A stretch of 64,000 nt of DNA from Tubiluchus corallicola (Eukaryota; Animalia; Priapulida), in contig JAQGDQ010000388.1 in the NCBI GenBank assembly GCA_030141605.1, forward strand, positions 1-64,000. The letters run 5' to 3'. This document shows, piece after piece, positions 54,725 to 64,000 of the stretch. The notes under the pieces were generated by a model that saw nothing but the letters and a program-made list of their open reading frames with translations, was not told the origin of the DNA and ran no database searches. A program made the translations under genes and the position numbers. Each line of letters starts with the position of its first letter. Position 1 is the first letter of the stretch.

Positions 54725-57700
54725 GTAAAACTTTACCATAATGTACCTTAGTTGTACTCTAATCACTGAATATAATCATCACATAGGTGTCTCTCTCAAT
54801 CAATAATATAATAGATTTGTTTATACTGTTTACTCTTTATCAAGATTGCTTTTATTGGTTCATTGTTTCTGATGTGAGTGACAACTAATACACTCATATC
54901 TCGGTTTGCAGGACCTTGCTTTTATGGATATCTGAAAAATCGGACAAATTATGGACCGTTAAAATGTCCTGCATACTACAAACACAGTCCGTTGTCTCTT
55001 GCGAGCTGACTGCTAGTTGGGCAGACCATCACTTTGTTTACATCAGTGCAACCAAGCAGCATGTAATGACACGTATAACTTGTATATCAGGAGCAATCTG
55101 TTTTTAAGACAATTAGGCGATTAATACAGTAAACGACGCCTACTGTATTAGCTTTGTATTGGTAAATATAGACACTTCTGTCTGGCAAACCAAGATCTAA
55201 GTGTACAAGATTTAAATCTGAAAAATGCGAATTAATGAGCCAAAAATGCTTGCTTGATACCAGAATGATCAATGTTTAAATCTAAGCTAGTGAGTAAAGA
55301 TAAATAAAACATGAACAAAAATTTACAAAAAAATGCTATAGGCCTACAAATTCTGTCTGCCACAATTCAATGTTGTCATTAGGAAAAATATATCAAGTAC
55401 AGTGTTCCCTCACTTATTGCTGGTGTTCCGTTGCCGGCCCAGCCGCAATGTGTGAATTTCCGCAAAGTAGGGACGCAATACTTATTTTATACATATACTA
55501 TAGTCAACCAATCTTATGTTGTGTACAATCTCGCTTCGGCAAGTAGCATCTCAAGCGGGGCAAGTACTACATTTCGTTTTTGGTGTGTGTTCGTCTGCCG
55601 AATAAATACACTGTTTACTGTAAATGGTAATTTTTTACGTTTTATAATATTCTTTTAATGCTAGAATTAATATTTTTAATATATTTTTATACATTTTGTG
55701 ATTTCTATGCAAAATTCATCAAATCTATACATTACTGTACAATACGTACTACGCATGTGCAAAAATAATTTAGACGGAGTGCCGCAAACGAACTGCGAAG
55801 TAGCGAGGGAACACTGTATTGTGTTGTAGTTGATTCCACATACAGTCAAGTAGAATCAATCGCCTAATTGTCTCAAAAACGTCTAGTATGTGCTGCACAC
55901 ATGTGTCATTACATACTGCTTGGTTACACTAATTTAATGATGTAAACCAAGTGATGGCCCGCCAATTAGCGGTCAGCTCGGGAAACTACAGACTGTGTTT
56001 GTAGTACGTGAGACTTTTAACGGTCCATATTTTGTCCGATTTTTCCAATATCCATAAAAGTCATATCCTGCAAACCCAGATACGTGTGTATTAGTTGTCA
56101 CTCGCATCGGAAAAAATGAACCAATAAAAGCAATTTTGATAAAGAGTAAACAGTATCAATAAATCTATTATATTATTGATTGGAAGAGACACCTATGTGG
56201 TGATTATGTTCAGTGAATATTTTTATATTATTTTATATTCAGGTAATCTCATAATTTCATGATGATCTCAATTAGCCTAATTTACACTTGAAAGTTCTAA
56301 TACGTTTTTCAGTTTATTAAATTTGGATAAACATGACAGCGTGCTACTCTTGTTTTGCTCCATTTTAAAAATACTTTCCTTTAACAGCTCCTTTACCTGT
56401 ATTTTTTTCAGATGACAACTTACTGCTTTGTGAACCTGGATCCGAGAGCAAACTTCAGGTTGGTTATTACCATCTAAGAATACACTAAATTCCTTTCTAG
56501 GTTCATTCTTGCATTGTGGCTGTTGCTGCTTGCTTTGTTTCGTGTTTTGTTTCTTTTGTTTGATTAATAAAGCGATTAGTATTCACTACTTAGATGGGCA
56601 CTAGCACTTGCTTCTCGGAAACATGTTGTTCAAAAAACAAGTGCTGTACCTCTCAGTTCAGTCGTTGTTGAATTGTGGTCTTGCGCACATGTTCAAGAGC
56701 TCATGCTTGAGCACGCCTGTAAACAGGAACTTTAAATTTCTAAACTTAAAATTTGCCAATTCTTTTTTATCACACTGAATATTGTACAGTAGCAGTGCGC
56801 TTCAATTTTTGCTTTCACAATTACACATGTGCAACACGTTCTTGAAATGTTTGTTGTGTTTTAAAATTATATTCGTTTGTGACAAAATCATTGCCGGGGC
56901 TCTCCGACCGTCAATTAAATTTTTAATCTATTATCTAATTATCAGAGACCGTTGGCATATAAGCGTTGAATTGTATACTTTTACCATACCACAAAATGAT
57001 ATAAATTATGGAAAACCATCCTGTTTTCCTTTATCTTGTAATTTTTTATGTAAATATATAATAGGAAGTTAATGAACAATGCTCATTAGATAGCCCTGCT
57101 AGGAAATTGTCACTTCCTGGCATACAAACAAAACTGGCTTTGTAAAAAAATGCTATGAGTATTATACAGACATAAACTTTGTATGCTTTTTCAGGATTGC
57201 TACAAAGAAGCACAAGTGATGGTCGCACTAAAGTACATTTCGCGTTTAGATTCGTTGCTTCGCAAGGAGGCTGGTGACAGTAAGTGTCAGACAGGTTACA
57301 AGGGTACGGGAAAATTGTCTCGAACAGATGCTGTGCTGCTGTTGGAAAAGAGTTTTTCAGAAGTAAGTAGACATTTAGCAACTTGTGGCTATCAAATTTC
57401 CAACTACAATATTTAACAGTTTGTACCAATAAACTGAAATATATGCAAAGCTGCTGTATCATTGACTAATTATTTTTTGATGGAAAGAGATGTGTTGTAA
57501 CTGATTGATTGGTTGTTATAGGAAATGTTGCTCTCTTAAGAATTTCGCTCACTGCACACATATTAGTTAGCAATCCCTATCTGAAGGCATTGTGTAATTT
57601 TCTACTTCAAGGGTTTTGCAGCATATTATTATTTTTTAGAGAGCCCGAACTTCATGTTTTTGTGTTATATAGTCTAAGATGTTTATACCACTCACTTTAA

Positions 57701-60700
57701 GACCCAAAAGAAAGTTGGCATTAAGTGAGTTTGGTATTAAACATTTGTTTTGTCAAAAATTTGGGTGATAAGTGGGGTTAGCATTTTTTAAGGGCATTAT
57801 AACCTGGTTTGCCTGTAGTGAAAGCATTAAAATTAGTGACAATTTGCAAATTTTGAATAACCTTTGGATAATCCTTTTTCGTCAAGCATTGCCAATCCTA
57901 ATTACCAAGGATGATCCTCTAAGAAAGGGCATTAATCTGGTAGAAATATCTCACTCTGTTTCGAGGGTCATCTCCATCAATGAGAGAAGTAATCGTAAGC
58001 AATAGGGTAGATGAAACAAAACCTCTGATTGCTATCCACCTCTCCATTTGAAAACCAGGCTTGGCACTTCTCAAGTTTAATGCTGAGAATTTGTTTACTA
58101 TTATAGCCAAGAACCGTGGTTGGCATTCACTTAAAGGTTGCAATTCATCTAATCTCCGTGAACCCTCACTGGGGCATTGTTCTGTATGATGCTGGGATGC
58201 TGGAAACGACCATACCAGAGGATGTTCATTGGTTAGAGTCGAAGCATCCGCATATGTCTCTGTTCTGCAGAATCTGGCGAGTTCTGGCTTTACTTGTAAA
58301 TCGCATCATACTGGCTGTATTTGGTAAGTAATTCTTTTTTTATCTTAAATTTCTACACTGTAGATAATTAAACAGATACAAAATGATTTGCAGGCAAGAA
58401 GTTGGGACCATTTTTTTAATTTTTAGAGGAGGTATCTGGTAAAGTGTACCCGGTATGTGATGTATCAGTGTGGTAATGTTGATATTGACACACTTGAGTG
58501 TTTACGTATATTAAAAGCACTAATCCTCACCTGACGCTGCACGTTAAACTGTCTTAATTCAAAATCTGGCTAACTGTCTTCACAGCCTTTGCACTTATGA
58601 ATCTTATTCATAGACACTCATTTTGGCAGGATAAATTTAAAAACAGTAGGCCTACAATCTTATTCATAGACACACAATTGTTTTGTTACCTCACCATATC
58701 TATTGATTCACTGTTTGTTTTACTGAGTTACAGTAGTGTGTAATAAAATGAAAAATAACCTCCAGAAAGAAACTTGGAGTGCACCAACTGGACACAGACA
58801 ATCCCACCAAGTAGTGATGGACGATTTTGAAATTTTATAATTCGATTACAATCTTGTTCTTGTAATTCGATATCATGATTGATCATTTACGATAATGTTT
58901 TAGTGTTTTAGCCATATTTTTGAAACATTGCAGCACTGAAATACAGCCTATAAACTTCTTCTTAGCTTTCGACGCTGTCTGCCATTTTCGTGCTCGCAAA
59001 CTATTTTTATAGACACATTCATGCATGAACTAACTATTACTATGTCAGCTACACACGTCATGTGAAAACGAATAAGAAGCTCCAGTTTGAAACACTGTAG
59101 TTTGCAATTTGAAGAAAAAATGCAAGAATTCGAATTCCATTTATTTGTGCTAAAACACAGTGTTTTAGTCAGTGTGTAACACGTACATTTTGCTCTTGAT
59201 TAACTGAATTACTGTTCAATAACTGATTATATCGATTTATACATGGTTGTAATCTCAATTAATTCATTGAATCTGTTAATCGCCCATCACTACCACTGAA
59301 GAGCTTGAATTACGGCCATTCGTATGACATTTTTTCATTTTGCATCCATTCATAAACTATTCCTTCGGGACTCAATTGCGCACACTTTGCACATTATCCT
59401 CTTTCAATTGCATTCGTTTGCAACGAGTTGTCTGTAAATGCTGCGCCTGTTAAAGAACTGATCACAATGTATCAGCTGCTTTTGAATTTTTGCCTTTTCA
59501 AATGCTTAAAAAGGTTAATTTTGTTTTTCAGCTGTGCTGTTTGTAGCCATTATCTCCAGCATTGTTCGCTATCGGTGGCAGCAACAGACTAAGGAGCGTC
59601 AAGACATGTACAAACTTGTCGAACAAATCATCGGTATTAATGTGTTTTTTGAGATTTTTATTAACATTGTTGTCATTATTACTAGTTTAGTTGCTCTATA
59701 ACCAACACTTCTAAGTCTTATTTTAAATTTTATCCCACCAAATTAATTGTTATTTAATTAAATTAATTTTTGCAACATGTTTAGAACCTGGGTTAGCATT
59801 TTATAATTATTAATTTATTTACAGCCTTTATTTCAAGATTATTGGTTTAAAACCAAATTAACACACAATTATTGATTTTTGAAAACAAAAATGAGACTGA
59901 ACCTCTAATTCAAGGGTTCTAGTTGAATCTCAGGCCCAATTTAGATGTTTTAACATTTGCTGTCCTTGGGTCAAATATGGTTTCAAAAACTTTATTTTGA
60001 ATTTGAACAATAAATTTAACATTAATGTTGTAAATACCTAATTAATTAATTAATGTTGTAATTATGATCATTAACTAATAATTAAGCAGTTATGAATTAA
60101 TTAATTAGGTGTTAATTTATTACTACAGTGTGCAGTAACTGCAGTCAAGACAAAATTGCATACATAATACAAATAGATTTCAGGTTAAATTAATTAGCAC
60201 TTTGGATGTTGGCACGAGTCACGCCAAGTCAGCCATATACAAGTCACAAGTTCCGTTTGAGATTTCTTTATTGTTGTTTAGGTGTTTTGAAAGACCACCA
60301 TATTGCATCCCAGGAGGGTAAACTAAAGCCTTACATTGCCATACCGCATGTGCGTGATATGCTGATTCCAATTCAAGAAAGGTATTGTTTGTTAATTTGA
60401 CTTAATGTTGCCTTGTTAGTAATCTTAACTAGTTCATCTCCCTCAATGTTCTAATTTAAAGGAAAATCGGATTATTGTGTAAACACGAGTTCAGAATAAA
60501 GAATGTTGTAAAATATTGAAAAATACAATACTTATTTTAAATCAAAGCTTAGATTAAATAATAATTACCTCAATATTCGAATTTCATTAAACTTTCATAG
60601 CTACGCGTGGCTCAATGAATCTACTAAGATTGGCAGCGGCACCTTTTTGTCAGGGGCGCGTGGCCGACAAATAGAAGACGGTAGCGTGATAACCATGATC

Positions 60701-63700
60701 ATGAACTGCTGTGTTAGTTTCATGACATCATATGATGTAAAGCTCATTTTTCGTGACATCATGCGTTTAAGCAGTACTGTAACACCTATGCAAATATGCT
60801 TGACGCGCAAGGGAAGATGCCTGCCATTGCACAAACAGTGGTTAGTATCTGACGTAAGCTATAGCTGTGTTCGATTGCTGTTAATTAACTTTTTCAACTG
60901 ATTATTCAAATATAAGAGGCTATAAAATGTATATTTTGGACAGGAAATTAAAATGAGATTGAGTCTAAACAACCATCCGGTTTTCCTTTAATATATGGAT
61001 TTATTAGTTATATTTAAAAAAACTCAAAAATGGTCTAAATAGTGGCAGGTCTGGTTTTGACTAGCTGTAGTTGTTTCTATATGTGTGGCAGCCAAAGAAG
61101 ATTTATATCAACTTAATTTAATTTTATAAAATAAAGTAATTTTTCAGAGACAGACTTGCTAACAATACAATTTATTGCTCTTTTTGGAAAAGAATTTTTT
61201 GTTTGTAATTTAGAAATCACATTTATAAAGTTCTTTTTGTGAGTAATCCATCAGTGGGCATAGTTTCAGAACTAATTTTGGCTTTACTAATAGTGAATTT
61301 AGAAATCACATTTATAAAGTTAGTTTTGTGAGTAATCCATCAGTGGGCATAGTTTCAGAACTAATTTTGGCTTTACAGATAGTGAATTTAGAAATCACAT
61401 TTATAAAGTTCTTTTTGTGGGTAATCCATCACTTGGTGTGTGGGGCAACCTGTGTGTCACTAAACATTTTCAAGCTGTTTTCTCTTTAACTCGAGTGCTT
61501 TATTTTTGCCCTTTTCTAGAAAAACGAAGGAGAAACTTTGGGACATGGCGGTGCAGTTCATCAACGACAACGAGTCTCGTGTGCGACAGGAGCATCAGAC
61601 CGTCGCCGGCGAAGACTTCCTTGTCTGGAGATGGCTGCCAGTGATGACAAACAGTAAGGTAAATGTTTTTTTGCATGGCAATTTTTATTGGTTGAAAACA
61701 ACATTGTGTGATGCAGAATATTGGCAGGGCTCGTACTCGTCCTATAATTCCTATATTTTTGGGTTATATCCTATAATTCCTATAAAATCATAAATTCTCA
61801 ATGAAACGAGAATGTTATTGGTATTAATGGCATAACCACAATTTTATATTACAAGTACATATCTTCATGATGGTCCTGGTGTATGCTCTAACGGCATGTG
61901 ATCACTAGAAAAATCATTTGCTTTTGCAAAGAAATTGTGAAAATCGTGTAAGGTTAGAAACTTTTATTTTAAGGAAAAATGTTCTATAATTCCAGTATTT
62001 TTTTCAAAAAATGTCCTATATTTTTTAGAATAATGTTCTACATTTTTGAAATTTCTAAAAAAAATTTCTGGGCGCCTGTTTGTATATGGGTAACAAATGA
62101 AAGGTCTTGATTTAGTGTTGTCGTATGCAGGTTTGTTTCTCGAATCAGTGCCATCGTGAGGAATGGGGAGGGGTTGAGAAATATCCAAAACATTTTTCAC
62201 CCATTTTTTACACAAAACTTGTACCTCTTATTTCTAGAAAATGGGAATATGCCACATTTAGGAATATTCGCCGTCAGTTTTTTATAAATATCTAACTTTT
62301 CGACACGTGTTCAGAACAACGAAGTGGGCACTTGTGTACAGTGTTCATAGATTTCATTATTGAACATTTCCTTAAAAGTATTTAATCAAAAGTGACGAAT
62401 CGTTAAGATGCTTAATTTGGAATTAGCACAGCTGAGCGAGCGGGAATGTGCTAGATGTCATTCCTTATTGTATTTGACAGCAGTAACCTATATTATTTTT
62501 AACTGTATGTTTTTTAAATCTATATTCTTGATTAAAACTGGAGAAAATAGTGAAAACTGAAAATAATTGAAATAATGCTCACTGTTTTTAAATGTACGGA
62601 CATTTTACCAGATGTCGCCCAATGGGAAGAAAGTGTGGCAAGGTCAAGCTTTTGAGAACCGGGATACGGGGATGAATGCTATGGTCTACTGTCCTACACA
62701 GTGTCTGAAGATTAGGAATATGTTTGAGAAAGATTCGTAAGTATTGTTTAACATGTTTTAGCAGGCAAAAATGACTGAGTATTCATAAGGTGTAATATTA
62801 AACACAAAGTTTAAAGACTGCCTCAAAATAATATTTATAAAAAGTTGTTCCTTTTTTATGTTTTATTGTGCATGCAACCCTTGCTACAGATAAGACGCTC
62901 ATCTGCATATTTGTGCATTTCTTCTGAGCAAAATTAAAAATTTCTTCAGAAATCAAAGCTGTGGGTAAGAAAATGCTACAAAAATGGCATATACTAGACA
63001 TAAAAATGTAAAAAAGCCAAAAGAAATAAAATATTTTTATTAATTCAAGTCACATTGCAAAAGTTGAAAAGAAAGGTCCAGTGAGCCCCCATGCCTGCCA
63101 TAGTGCTTTCATCTTCCAGCATCTTGTCATTTTAGTGAAATCCTAATACCATTGAGCTGTGCCAACTGTATATGTATTGCCATGCAGCCATGCACTTTGT
63201 TGGCATGTTTTGCAGTAAATGTGAACTCTGTTAATAATAAAGCATCTTTTTTCCTGTTGTGGTCATTGGCTGAGTAATCAGCAAAAAGTTCAGTAACATG
63301 GAAAAGAACAATAGTAATGGGAAAATGTCTGAAAATCTCCAGGGTAAATCAGCACAACCAATAAAATTGTGAGGTAAAAAATTGCAAAAAATTTCGAAGT
63401 ACTGCACTAAAATCTTATTTGAAACTTTGGGTGTAACTGTACTAGCCACTGTAGTAATGAGCAGCTTTGCTTACTGATTGTGTACAATGTCTTGTTTGAA
63501 ATACATAATATATTAATGAGTGGATTTTTAATCTGCATGAAGTATTAAACTGTTACTTGTCATACAGAGAGTGTTGTAAATGCACTAATGCAATTCATAA
63601 ATCGATAGAAAAGTGTACTGAACCTCCTTGGATTCACTCAAGGTAAGGGACTGCATTTGAAAACTAAAAATGAATAGTAAAAGTAAATGAAAAAAGTCAA

Positions 63701-63851
63701 AAAGTGGATATTTTTTTAGCTAATTTACTGTCATTTACATTTCAGTGAAACGATGGCGAATTGGGAAGAGTACATTCGTAATGCCATATTAGAGAAATGC
63801 TCACCTTGTAATGAAATTCTACACATTGCTATAGATAAGTCGTCTAGAGAG
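53800..63851 (+). CDS. LEMD3: Inner nuclear membrane protein MAN1 (LEM, two TM segments, winged-helix/MSC, RRM/UHM); 3' end beyond the window
   Basis: join(53800-54724,56412-56458,57195-57362,58107-58323,59532-59633,60282-60381,61520-61658,62612-62736,63746-63851,...), phases consistent. LEM SDVELRRNLKAFGVNVGPITDSTRAVYLKKL; IAIPHVRDML; ESRVRQE...GEDFLVWRW; KVWQGQAF; CLKIRNMF; AILEKC...HIAIDKSSRE. Confidence 0.94.
54763..56216. repeat. Long inverted repeat (~360 bp arms: 54763-55123 and 55858-56216) in MAN1 intron 1
   Basis: e.g. TCACTGAATATAATCATCACATAGGTGTCTCT vs AGAGACACCTATGTGGTGATTATGTTCAGTGA; TACTGTTTACTCTTTATCAA vs TTGATAAAGAGTAAACAGTA; GACAATTAGGCGATT vs AATCGCCTAATTGTC. Confidence 0.93.
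55400..55816. mobile_element. Tc1/mariner-pogo (Tigger-like) MITE, 417 bp
   Basis: TIR CAGTGTTCCCTC...GAGGGAACACTG flanked by TA on both sides. Confidence 0.88.
56412..56458 (+). CDS. LEMD3: MAN1 exon 2 (47 nt)
   Basis: ttttcag|AT; DDNLLLCEPGSESKLQ|gttggt; needed to reconcile phase 1 with phase 0. Confidence 0.75.
57195..57362 (+). CDS. LEMD3: MAN1 exon 3
   Basis: tttcag|DCYKE...AGDSKC...SFSE|gtaagt. Confidence 0.85.
58107..58323 (+). CDS. LEMD3: MAN1 exon 4
   Basis: ttatag|PRTVV...NPHWGI...LESKHPHMSLFCRI...AVF|gtaagt. Confidence 0.85.
58812..59292. mobile_element. hAT-like MITE, about 480 bp
   Basis: TAGTGATGGACGATT...AATCGCCCATCACTA (14/15); degenerate TSD CCACCAAG vs CCACTGAA. Confidence 0.7.
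59532..59633 (+). CDS. LEMD3: MAN1 exon 5 (end of TM2)
   Basis: tttcag|; VLFVAIISSIVRYRW...MYKLVEQII; donor gtatta. Confidence 0.88.
60282..60381 (+). CDS. LEMD3: MAN1 exon 6
   Basis: gtttag|; VLKDHH...PYIAIPHVRDMLIP; donor gtattg. Confidence 0.9.
61207..61431. repeat. 89-bp tandem repeat, about 2.5 copies
   Basis: AATTTAGAAATCACATTTATAAAGTT at 61207, 61296 and 61385. Confidence 0.92.
61520..61658 (+). CDS. LEMD3: MAN1 exon 7
   Basis: ttctag|; LWDMAVQFINDNESRVRQE...FLVWRW; donor gtaaat. Confidence 0.9.
62612..62736 (+). CDS. LEMD3: MAN1 exon 8
   Basis: taccag|MSPNGKKVWQGQAFE...PTQCLKIRNMF; donor gtaagt. Confidence 0.9.
63746..63851 (+). CDS. LEMD3: MAN1 exon 9 (RRM/UHM part)
   Basis: tttcag|; WEEYIRNAILEKCSPCNEILHIAIDKSSRE|gtaaat. 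Confidence 0.9.
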
Positions 63852-64000
63852 GTAAATACTGCACATATAATATAACCTAAAAAGGTAAATGTGAAAAAGA
63901 TATTTTGTTTATGACCTAAAAATGGTAAACATGAAAACGATATTGTCTTATTGGGAAAATAAGTGGTGAAAAACTCTTTGTTTAGAACATGACATTTTTT

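Overview
AT-rich, intron-rich animal (invertebrate-like) genomic DNA; nothing here looks prokaryotic and there is no CRISPR array. Five protein-coding genes can be assembled by hand with GT-AG junctions and consistent exon phases: (1) a divergent alpha-tubulin (+; probable lone-ATG first exon at 6930, body 19681-23000) with a 10-residue insertion in the lumenal K40 loop; (2) a secreted, probably GPI-anchored serine beta-lactamase/peptidase-S12-family protein (+, 25707-31943); (3) a convergent, secreted, probably GPI-anchored N-formylglutamate-amidohydrolase-like metallohydrolase (-, 42562-33338); (4) SQSTM1/p62 with an intronless CDS (+, 45913-47112); (5) LEMD3/MAN1 (+, 53800 to beyond the window end). 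The rest is minisatellites, microsatellites, MITEs, and LINE and SINE remnants. Two observations stand out: a tail-to-tail pair of bacterial-type hydrolases that both appear remodelled as cell-surface enzymes, and long, mutually unrelated, degenerate inverted repeats, often centred near the middle of the intron, in introns of all five genes. All alignments and translations were done by eye.
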